64,000 nt of DNA from a virus (Duplodnaviria; Caudoviricetes). Both the position numbers and the translations under genes were made by a program. Of the stretch, positions 9,318-17,800 are shown piece by piece. The notes under the pieces were generated by a model. That model was not told the origin of the DNA. It made no database searches and worked only from the letters and a program-made list of their open reading frames with translations. The DNA lies in the IMG/VR virus record IMGVR_UViG_3300020037_002731, positions 1 through 64,000 of that record, one strand, 5' to 3'. How positions within the stretch are numbered: the stretch's first letter is position 1; every line of letters starts with the position of its first letter.

Positions 9318-9644
9318 ATGGAGATAAATGAATATCAGAAAGAAGCTTTAAAGAATAAAGTATATGGTTATGGAGATAATATTATCTATCCTGCATTAGG
9401 ATTAGGTAATGAGGCTGGTGAAGTACAAGGTAAAATTAAAAAAGTATTAAGAGATTTCAATGGAGTTTTTGATATTGAAAATAAGATGAAAATAGCTGAT
9501 GAATGTGGAGATGTATTGTGGTATTTAGCAGCTTTATCAGAAGATTTAGGATTTTCTTTAGAAGAAATAGCTAAAATGAATATTAAGAAATTAACTGACA
9601 GGAAAGAAAGAGGAGTTATTCAAGGTTCAGGTGATAATAGATAG
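9318..9644 (+). CDS. mazG: MazG-like NTP pyrophosphohydrolase
   Basis: NEYQ...LGLGNEAGEV..KIKK...DECGDVLWY..AL...LG.SLEEIA.MN..KL..R..RG.IQGSGDNR. Confidence 0.9.
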   Translation: MEINEYQKEALKNKVYGYGDNIIYPALGLGNEAGEVQGKIKKVLRDFNGVFDIENKMKIADECGDVLWYLAALSEDLGFSLEEIAKMNIKKLTDRKERGVIQGSGDNR

Positions 9645-9672
9645 GATTTATGAAATATTTTATGTACTTTTG
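9641..9672 (+). promoter_or_regulatory. Probable Bacteroidota sigma70-type promoter for nrdJ
   Basis: -7 element TACTTTTG at 9665-9672. The -33 position 20 nt upstream is degenerate (ATAG). Confidence 0.4.
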
Positions 9673-9689
9673 TAGAAATAAAAAATATA

Positions 9690-11543
9690 ATGATGGAAAT
9701 AGGATTAAAACTTTTAAGTGAAATAACAACCTTTAATAAGTACTGTAAATACTTACCTGAACTTCAAAGAAGAGAGACATGGGAAGAACTTATTGAAAGA
9801 AATATGCAGATGCATATTAAGAAATTTCCAGAACTTGAAGATAAGATTAGGGAAAATTATAAGCTAGTATTTGAGAAGAAAGTTCTTCCTAGTATGAGAA
9901 GCTTACAATTTGCTGGAAAACCTATAGAATTAAATCATGCTAGGATATTTAACTGTTGTTATTTACCTATAGATGATTACAAGTCTTTTTCAGAAACAAT
10001 GTACTTACTTCTTTCTGGATGTGGTGTAGGATACAGTGTACAATTTTCACATATAGCTAAACTTCCTGAAATTAATAAAAGCTTAAAATCAAGAAGGTAT
10101 GTTATTGAGGATAGTATTATAGGATGGGCAGATAGTATTAAAGTTCTGTTAAAGTCTTATTTGAAAGGAACTCCTAAACCTATTTTTGATTTTGGAGATA
10201 TTAGACCTAAAGGAGCATTACTTATTACTGCTGGAGGTAAAGCTCCTGGAGCAGAACCACTTAAAAGGTGTTTATTTGAAATAGAACAGATACTTAATAG
10301 TAAACAGAATGGTGAAAAGCTTAAAAGTATTGAATGTCATAGTATAGTTTGTTTAATAGCTGATGCAGTACTAAGTGGAGGAATTAGAAGAAGTGCTACT
10401 ATATCATTATTTTCATTTGATGATGAAGATATGATAGGTTGTAAATCAGGTAATTGGTGGGAAACTAATCCTCATTATGCAAGAGCTAATAATAGTGCTG
10501 TAATTTCAAGAAATAGAGTTACTAGGGAAGAATTTGATTTATTTTGGGAAAGGATTAAAGCTTCTGGATCAGGTGAACCTGGTATTTCCTGGAGTAATAA
10601 TCCTGAATATGGATTTAATCCTTGCCATGAAGTAAGTTTAAGACCATATTCTTTTTGTAACTTAACAGAAATTAATGGTTCAAATATTGAAAATGAAGAA
10701 GATTTTTATGCTAGATGTAAAAGTGCCTCCTTTATAAGTACATTACAAGCCTCTTATACAGACTTTGTGTATTTAAGGAGTATCTGGAAGGAACATACTG
10801 ATAAAGATGCTCTAATAGGTGTAGGAATCACTGGAATAGCTAGTAATACTATTGATAACTCTTGGATTAAAAGGGGAGCTAAAGTAGTAAAAGATACTAA
10901 TCAAGAAATAAGTTCTTTAATTGGTATTAATAAAGCTGCAAGAAGTACAGTAATTAAACCTTCTGGAACTACTTCTTGTGTTTTAGGTACAAGTTCAGGT
11001 ATTCATGCTTGGTACAATGATTATTATATTAGAAGGTTAAGAATAGGTAAAAATGAGAGTTTATTTACATACTTAAGTATCTATCATCCAGAGATATTGG
11101 AAGATGATATATTTAAAAGTAAAGAACAAAGTATAATTTCTTTACCTATTAAATCTCCTGGTAATGCATTGTTAAGAGATGAAAATGTTATTGATTTTCT
11201 TGAAAGAGTTAAATTATATAATATTGACTGGATTAAAGCTGGGCATAGAACAGGAGCTAATTTGAATAATGTTAGTGCTACAGTTAGTATTAAAGATAAT
11301 GAATGGGAAATTGTAGGAGATTGGATGTGGAATAATAGAGAATTTTACTCTGGAATTTCAGTACTACCTTACAGTAACCATACTTATAAACAAGCTCCTT
11401 TTGAAGATATTACTGAAGAAAAATACAATGAATTAGTTCAACATATTCATGATATTGACTTAAGTAAAGTTGTAGAATTAGAGAACAATACAAATTTCCA
11501 AGGAGAATTAGCTTGTGGAGCTGATGGATGTGAAATTAAATAA
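9690..11543 (+). CDS. nrdJ: Class II (adenosylcobalamin-dependent) ribonucleotide reductase
   Basis: RRETW, PSMRSL, FNC, GGIRRSA, RANNS, GEPG, NPCHE (thiyl Cys), FCNLTE, KPSGTTS, C-terminal ACGADGCEI. No nrdB gene nearby. Confidence 0.93.
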   Translation: MMEIGLKLLSEITTFNKYCKYLPELQRRETWEELIERNMQMHIKKFPELEDKIRENYKLVFEKKVLPSMRSLQFAGKPIELNHARIFNCCYLPIDDYKSFSETMYLLLSGCGVGYSVQFSHIAKLPEINKSLKSRRYVIEDSIIGWADSIKVLLKSYLKGTPKPIFDFGDIRPKGALLITAGGKAPGAEPLKRCLFEIEQILNSKQNGEKLKSIECHSIVCLIADAVLSGGIRRSATISLFSFDDEDMIGCKSGNWWETNPHYARANNSAVISRNRVTREEFDLFWERIKASGSGEPGISWSNNPEYGFNPCHEVSLRPYSFCNLTEINGSNIENEEDFYARCKSASFISTLQASYTDFVYLRSIWKEHTDKDALIGVGITGIASNTIDNSWIKRGAKVVKDTNQEISSLIGINKAARSTVIKPSGTTSCVLGTSSGIHAWYNDYYIRRLRIGKNESLFTYLSIYHPEILEDDIFKSKEQSIISLPIKSPGNALLRDENVIDFLERVKLYNIDWIKAGHRTGANLNNVSATVSIKDNEWEIVGDWMWNNREFYSGISVLPYSNHTYKQAPFEDITEEKYNELVQHIHDIDLSKVVELENNTNFQGELACGADGCEIK

Positions 11544-11582
11544 ATTAAATTAAAAGTTAAAAAATAAAATAAAATTAAAATT

Positions 11583-11855
11583 ATGGCAATTCAAGTGCAA
11601 AAAGTAACAACAGCTAATTATAGTTCAAGTTACAAAGACAATTTATTGGATATTGAAGCAAAGATTACAACAAATCCTTTGAATATTCAAGTAAGTACTC
11701 CTTATAATACAGAGCTACTTACTCCTGGGCAAGTACAAGCTCAATATGAGTACTTCAAAGAACTTAATAACTTAGTACAAACAGTAAGTCTAGGTAAAAC
11801 TCCTAGGGTTAAAAGTGAAAAGACTCAATCAAATGAGTTAATTCATCAAGATTAA
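11583..11855 (+). CDS. Hypothetical protein
   Basis: 90-aa ORF with A-rich AAAATTATG start context. Confidence 0.65.
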   Translation: MAIQVQKVTTANYSSSYKDNLLDIEAKITTNPLNIQVSTPYNTELLTPGQVQAQYEYFKELNNLVQTVSLGKTPRVKSEKTQSNELIHQD

Positions 11856-11867
11856 TTAAACCTGAAT

Positions 11868-11951
11868 AATCCTTTAGCTCAAACTCCAAGAGCCTACCTT
11901 TGAGGTAGAGATGCAAGTAAGCAATTACTCCAGTGAATCTTGCAGGGATTA
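11868..11951 (+). ncRNA. Degenerate tRNA-Gln(UUG)-like structured RNA
   Basis: Acceptor AATCCTT/AGGGATT; T8 A9; D-arm GCTC-aaactccaa-GAGC; stem CTAC/GTAG with loop CTTTGAG (TTG at 11900-11902); T-stem GCAAG/CTTGC with a 21-nt loop ending GAAT. No CCA. Confidence 0.6.
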
Positions 11952-11967
11952 TTTTTAAATTTTAAAT

Positions 11968-12147
11968 ATGAAGCCTGAAGAAGTTAGGTTACAAAAAAAA
12001 TTAACTGCTTTAAATAAAATAAGAAAAATATATCATCCTTTGACTAAAAATCATTATGATAGATATAGTGGAGATTCTTATAAAGAACAAGAAAGTTGGT
12101 GGGTATTAGAAATTATAGAAGAATTAGAAAAAGAACTTAAAAAATGA
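11968..12147 (+). CDS. Hypothetical 59-aa protein missed by the ORF track
   Basis: MKPEEVRLQKKLTALNKIRKIYHPLTKNHYDRYSGDSYKEQESWWVLEIIEELEKELKK*. ATGA overlap with 12144. Confidence 0.7.
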   Translation: MKPEEVRLQKKLTALNKIRKIYHPLTKNHYDRYSGDSYKEQESWWVLEIIEELEKELKK

Positions 12148-12359
12148 AAGAATATAAAATACCAATACTTTGGGAATCTTATAAAGTATTTACAGTCCAA
12201 GCTGATAATTTAGAAGAGGCTGTTACAAGTGCTTTAAAAGATTTTTTAAAAGAACCTGATGATAATTATCTTGATGATAGTTTTGAAATAGACTCTATTT
12301 TAGATGATGCTTATCCTGATGAAACTTTTGATATACATCAAATTTACAATAAACTTTAA
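12144..12359 (+). CDS. Hypothetical acidic protein
   Basis: 71-aa ORF. Confidence 0.65.
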   Translation: MKEYKIPILWESYKVFTVQADNLEEAVTSALKDFLKEPDDNYLDDSFEIDSILDDAYPDETFDIHQIYNKL

Positions 12360-12361
12360 GT

Positions 12362-12562
12362 ATGACTCCAGAAGAACATAAGAAAATTACAGGATTTAAT
12401 ACTCCTGAAGAAAGTATAGCCTATGATAAAGGTAGAGAAGATGAAGAAACTGTTTTAATTAATTGGATTATAAATTGGGATGGTAGTACTAATTCAAGAT
12501 TAGGTCAAATCCTTTATGATTTATGTATTAATACAGAATTAAATAATGAAGAAAAAAGATAA
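12362..12562 (+). CDS. Hypothetical protein
   Basis: 66-aa ORF. Confidence 0.6.
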   Translation: MTPEEHKKITGFNTPEESIAYDKGREDEETVLINWIINWDGSTNSRLGQILYDLCINTELNNEEKR

Positions 12563-12565
12563 AGT

Positions 12566-12772
12566 ATGAACCAAGTTAATAAATTTAATATAAATGATAT
12601 TGTTACTGTTAATATAGGTAAGGATAAAATAAGATGGTGTACAGTTCTAAGTTATAAAATAAGTGAAAGTGAGGTTAAATATGATATACTAATACAAGGT
12701 ATGAAGCTTTATGATATTCAAGAATACTATTTAGAAATTCCTAGTGAGCACATTGAGTTAACACCTATGTAA
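12566..12772 (+). CDS. Hypothetical protein, possible SH3-like small beta-barrel
   Basis: KFNINDIVTV...VLSY...KYDI pattern. Confidence 0.55.
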   Translation: MNQVNKFNINDIVTVNIGKDKIRWCTVLSYKISESEVKYDILIQGMKLYDIQEYYLEIPSEHIELTPM

Positions 12773-12773
12773 T

Positions 12774-12983
12774 ATGAAAACAAGACTAGAAAAATATAAA
12801 GTTTGTGATCAATGTTTTAGTGTAGGAATGATATATGCTGATTGTATTTGTTCTTACAGTAAGTATAAAACTATTGAATTAGAGTTTGAGGTATGTAATT
12901 GTTGTGATCGTATAATTAATGATGGAGAACCAGCAGATACAGAATTTAATACTAAACAAATAGGAAGTTTAAATAGAGAATAA
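12774..12983 (+). CDS. Cys-rich putative zinc-binding protein
   Basis: CDQC, CIC and CNCC motifs in 69 aa. Confidence 0.65.
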   Translation: MKTRLEKYKVCDQCFSVGMIYADCICSYSKYKTIELEFEVCNCCDRIINDGEPADTEFNTKQIGSLNRE

Positions 12984-12984
12984 T

Positions 12985-13203
12985 ATGAAGCCAATAACAA
13001 TTAGAAATCAACAGTATTATTATAAAGTAGTTCAAGGATGGACTCAATTTTATAAAGGAAAAGAAGATACATCTTTTATATTTTATGGAGTATTTGATAT
13101 AGAAGATTCCCAATTCTCAAGATTGGAAATGAGAGACAAGGTAGATAAAATGATGAAAATATATGATAGAAAATTAGAAATAGAAAGAGGAGAAATTATA
13201 TAA
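12985..13203 (+). CDS. Hypothetical protein
   Basis: 72-aa ORF. Confidence 0.6.
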   Translation: MKPITIRNQQYYYKVVQGWTQFYKGKEDTSFIFYGVFDIEDSQFSRLEMRDKVDKMMKIYDRKLEIERGEII

Positions 13204-13219
13204 TTATAAATTTAAAATT

Positions 13220-13540
13220 ATGGAAGATAAAGAAATATTAGATAAAATAGATTATTTAAAGAATAAATATCCAAGTATAACTGAAATATATATTAACTAT
13301 TATGGATCAGGAGATTCTTTTGAAGGATTTGATGTTAGTTGTATTCCTCATACAGAAGAATTTTCAGATTCAGAAGTAGAAGATATAATGGAAGAAATGA
13401 TTGAAAGAGCTGATTCTAATTTTAATAATGATGGATCAAGAGGAACTATAATTATTAATTTAGTTCAGAAATCAGTTAATATAGAAGATTATTCTCAATT
13501 TATGTCTGAAGAATTAAATGCAGAAATAACTATAAAATGA
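13220..13540 (+). CDS. Conserved hypothetical protein (DUF6878-like)
   Basis: YYGSGDS...FNNDGSRGTI pattern. Confidence 0.55.
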   Translation: MEDKEILDKIDYLKNKYPSITEIYINYYGSGDSFEGFDVSCIPHTEEFSDSEVEDIMEEMIERADSNFNNDGSRGTIIINLVQKSVNIEDYSQFMSEELNAEITIK

Positions 13541-13932
13541 TCCCTTACATACATTCAGAATTATCAGTTAAGAGGTATGGTGGAATTCCTGAAGATTACA
13601 TAGATATTCATGAATTAATGGATAGTACTAAAGGAACTTTCCCAGATAATAGACATAGAGCTATTACACATAATATATGGTTTTGTGTAAATATTATACC
13701 TAAAGTATTTGGACATACAAGAGTAAATTCAGAAGGTAAAAGATATAATACTAAAGATGTAGCTGAATATCATATACTTGAGGATTTTAGAATGAAATTT
13801 ATACCTAGTATTCAGGATTATTTAGAGAATATGACATTCAGATCCTGGATGAATAATGGGATAGGTGTTCCAGATAGAATGAAAAAGAAAGATGAAATAA
13901 TTAATGATTTAGAACCTAAAATAATAGACTAA
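13537..13932 (+). CDS. DUF6915-like protein
   Basis: PYIHSELSVKRYGG..EDY..IH..MDS.K...D.RHR...H...FG....NS.G....E.HILED....IPS..DYL. Confidence 0.75.
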   Translation: MIPYIHSELSVKRYGGIPEDYIDIHELMDSTKGTFPDNRHRAITHNIWFCVNIIPKVFGHTRVNSEGKRYNTKDVAEYHILEDFRMKFIPSIQDYLENMTFRSWMNNGIGVPDRMKKKDEIINDLEPKIID

Positions 13933-14336
13933 TGAGTACAATTTTAAATAATATAAATAATTTAGTGCAGGAATTTCAAGATAAGAAAATACAATTAGTT
14001 AATCAATTAAAAGTTGAATTTCCTAATTTATTTACTCATATTTTTGAAAAATATCCTAATTTAGAGGCTTTTCAGTGGAATCAATATACTCCTTATTTTG
14101 CGGATGGAGATGAGTGTATATTTTCAGTAAATGAATGTTATTACATAAAATGTACTGAAGATGAAGAGTTAGTACAAGTATATGAAAAAGATGGTTATAG
14201 AGATATAGCTGAAGATATTAATAAAATTCTATTTAAAATAGATGATGATAGTATGAGAACTATGTTTGGAGATCATGTAGAAATAGAATTATATAAAGAT
14301 GGAAAGATTAAGATTGATGAATATGATCATGATTAA
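13932..14336 (+). CDS. Conserved hypothetical protein
   Basis: WNQYTPYFADGDECIFSV...FGDHVEI...EYDHD motif. Confidence 0.7.
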   Translation: MSTILNNINNLVQEFQDKKIQLVNQLKVEFPNLFTHIFEKYPNLEAFQWNQYTPYFADGDECIFSVNECYYIKCTEDEELVQVYEKDGYRDIAEDINKILFKIDDDSMRTMFGDHVEIELYKDGKIKIDEYDHD

Positions 14337-14339
14337 TTA

Positions 14340-14428
14340 AAAAAAAGAAACCCAAGAAAAGCTAGATTTCAGGTCTAGCTAGTCTTGGGAAAGAAAATCT
14401 GAATATGTGTGGGATCAGCTCTTTTCTT
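14340..14428. terminator. Hairpin pair at the convergence of the plus-strand and minus-strand blocks; intrinsic terminator for the minus strand
   Basis: CCCAAGA..AGCTAGA-tttcagg-TCTAGCT..TCTTGGG (14351-14389) preceded by an A-tract (U-tract on the minus strand). A second, weaker hairpin AAGAAAA/TTTTCTT spans 14391-14428. Confidence 0.75.
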
Positions 14429-14444
14429 GATTAATCTTTAGGAA

Positions 14445-14840
14445 TTATTGGTTAGCCAATTCCTCTTGTATTTTATTAGCATTATGAACTACCCTCATTT
14501 TACTAAGTTCTTGTTCTGCTTGTACTTCTGCCTCTGAAGTATCTGGTTCTCTTACATCTGTAATAATTGCACCTTCAGGTGGTGTATCTAGAAACTCAAC
14601 TTGTTTTGTTTCCAAAAGCTTACTTTTCAAGTACTCTCCAAAAGCTGCTACTTCACTAATTCCTTTTGAGAATTGAAGGAATGGCATGAAAGCCTGTCCT
14701 ATGTTAATTAGAAAACTAAGTTCTTGATTTTCTAGTGTAATTCTACAATCTTCTTTTAGTTTAAAAGGTCTTTGTACTACTGGAGCTTTAACTTCAGCTT
14801 CAGGCATTTCTTTAACTTCTTGATTTACTGTTTCTTCCAT
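14445..14840 (-). CDS. Hypothetical protein
   Basis: 131 aa with its own upstream promoter. Confidence 0.75.
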   Translation of the reverse strand: MEETVNQEVKEMPEAEVKAPVVQRPFKLKEDCRITLENQELSFLINIGQAFMPFLQFSKGISEVAAFGEYLKSKLLETKQVEFLDTPPEGAIITDVREPDTSEAEVQAEQELSKMRVVHNANKIQEELANQ

Positions 14841-14860
14841 ATGGTTATATTATTTTAGTA

Positions 14861-14892
14861 CAAAGATAAGTAGAAAAATTGAATTTTCCAAA
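14861..14892 (-). promoter_or_regulatory. Bacteroidota sigma70-type promoter
   Basis: Minus strand TTTG-gaaaattcaatttttctact(20 nt)-TATCTTTG. Confidence 0.8.
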
Positions 14893-17800
14893 TTACTTGA
14901 TATGTTTGTATGAGGTACTTGAAAATTCCTGATAAGCTACACTTATAGAGGCGGGTAAAGCAGCTAATCCAGGAGTAGCTTTGGCTGCTGCAACTACTGT
15001 TTTAGAATATCCTTCATACACTCCTTTTTGATAAGTATCTTCTCCTCCACCTAAATAATTTATTCCATAATCAAATACATCTTTCAATCTTGTGTAAGAA
15101 GTAATTACAGGAATAGGATTTTTAAGAATATTAAAAGCACTTGTAGGAGAAGCAAAGAAGGTTAAATCCTGGAATATCCTATTAGTTGTATTAATAGCTA
15201 CATTTAGACCTTTATCATCATCTCCATCACCAGCAGCAGCTCCTAAAGCCATAGCTATACCTAAAGTCCATGCTGCAAGTCTTAATTCTCTAATATTAAC
15301 CATCATATTCTTAATATCAACATCTTGTAATCCTAAAGCTTTATATTCTGCTTCAAAGTCTTGACCTTTAAATTTTCTTTTAGCTGCATTAATATAAGTG
15401 GCTTCTCCTACCAATCTAGCTATAGTTTTAATTACTGGCACAACAGAATTAGTACTTCCTTTTTTATAAAATACATTAATATCCTTTACACTTAAAAATC
15501 TACCTTTAAAATTCTTATCTTCACTTTCTCTTCCAAACCTCTGATAAGCAGCTTGTGGCAACCATCTTCTAAAGATCATTAAAGCTCTTCCCCAAGCATA
15601 CTGATTTACATACAAAGGATTGCTGTAATCACCTTGAGTACTCTTTCTGTATTCATTATACTGATACAACCAATTATTTAATTTACTGTTAGGTGAAATT
15701 TCTTCAAAATTCTGTTCTCCATACTCTTTAGTATTGTAAGTAACTTCATCTTTATCATTTATTTGAATATAATCCCATAAAGTTCCTTCTTTTCCATCTA
15801 ATCTAGTTAATGGAGTATGCATCATTTTAGCTATAAATCCTTCAGAATGAATCATGTACTCACCAGAAGTCATTAAGAAGTACATAATATCTGTAAATTT
15901 GTTCTGTAAATCTCCTTCAAACTTATTAATACCACTTCCTAAAATATTATATTTATCTAAGAGAAGGGCTAATTTTTTAGCATCTTTACCTATACTTTTA
16001 TCTATGTTAAAAGCTTTTAAGATATTACCATAAATAACATTTTGTGCTCTTAATAAAGATTTATCATCAAAGTCTGTACCTTTAGCTGCCCATGCATAGT
16101 TATTTAATTTACCTATAATAAAGTTATTAATAGCTGAAAATGGCTTTAATCCTATACCCAATAACCTGGTATAATTGATTAATTTATCCATCCAAAAAGC
16201 AAATGTGGTATCTTCATCAGCCTTAGTTTCACCAAATATTTGAGATTTAATAGTAAATAAAGCTAAATCTCTTGCATTTTGTAATCCAGATTTAATCTCT
16301 TCTGGTTTTTCTTCTTTTATTATTTTACCATTACTATCTCTTTGAATTTTACCGTTAAGTAATTTAGGTTTATGTAAGGGAGTCCCAAACTTATTAGTTT
16401 TAATCTTAGGTCTTTCAGCTAATTTATCACTATATAGTTGTAAAGTAGGTAAAATCTTACTATTTTGATCATATACTACAGCCATTTCATAAAACTTAGT
16501 TAATACTTCAAATATATCTTCAGGCTTACTTTCCATAAACTTTTTAACATCAGGAGCTAGTACAAATGATATATCATTACCTTGACTATCTACTGCATTA
16601 AATGTTAAATTACTTCCCTCTTTAGCTTGAGTAAACCATTCTGTAAAGTTCTTACCTAATCCACCTAATAATCCTTTAATAGTAAAAGGATCTTGCTCAC
16701 TCATATCTAATGTAAATTCATTAAGTACTTTATCAAAATTACCTACATCAAAGGTCATTTTCCTAGGTACTAAACTTTGTGCTTGAATTATAGTATTTCT
16801 AATTAACAAGTACAATTCATCATCTTTAATTTTTTCATACTCTGGATTATCAAAAGTACTATTAGGCACTACAAGTAAATTTCTGTATCCTATTCTTTTT
16901 CTTACTCCAGGTACATAATGATTTGGATCAAGTTTAACTTCAGCTATATAATCTAAATAAGCTTGAGGAGAATTTTCTTGCTCAAATAAGTATAATTCAG
17001 CTTCAAATTGTGCTGGATTTTTTATTCTTAAATCCTCATTAATACTTAAAAAGTCTTGTAAGTCTTTTTCATACTTAGCATCTCCTACATCAGATCTTGA
17101 GTACACTGCATGTTTAATATACCAATCTCTTACACTTTGAAATGCTAAAGCCATTTGAGTACTAGTACTATTTGGATCTCTTATTACTCTGTCTTTTTCT
17201 TGATTAATTCTTTTTTCTTCTTCATAATAAATTGAAGTACTCTGTATTATAAATTTACCTTTACTATCAAAAAAGGTCTTTACTTTTTCTCTCCAATCTG
17301 GATTATTCTGCTTAACTCTAAATATAGTATCCTTGAGAGTACTTATTTGCTCATTAATTTTATTTTTAGCATAATTAAGCCACTTTGAAATTATTTGTAA
17401 TTCAGGTATATCTTTAGCTTCTGCTGCACTTAAAAACCATTTACCAAGTGATCCTATATCTCTTTTAGCTGTACTTGTAGGTTGATAAGTAATACCTACA
17501 CCTTCAGCTTCTTTATTACTAACTTTAATATTTACTGTATTGTATTTATTCTGTAAAGCTCCTAAATTAACTTGTAAATCACTTAATAAAGCTTTTTGTT
17601 CTGTATTTAATTCAGAATGTACTTTGTATATTTCAGTAATTAAAGTTTTAGAGTCTTCAATAATATTTTGGATGTACTTAAAGTCTTCTTGACTTTCATT
17701 ATCTAGTACTTCAATACCATTTAAAATAGTTCTATTTTGAGTATAAAGTAATGAGTAATATCCTTTATTTTCAAGCAATCTTTTAATACTATTTTCTACT

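Noticed and set aside
563-11543. Introns or inteins in polA or nrdJ
   Set aside because: Both ORFs are uninterrupted, of compact length, and have their motifs in normal spacing.
11868-11951. Functional canonical tRNA-Gln
   Set aside because: The anticodon arm is 2 nt short, the T-loop is 21 nt without TTC, and there is no CCA. Kept only as a tRNA-like RNA.
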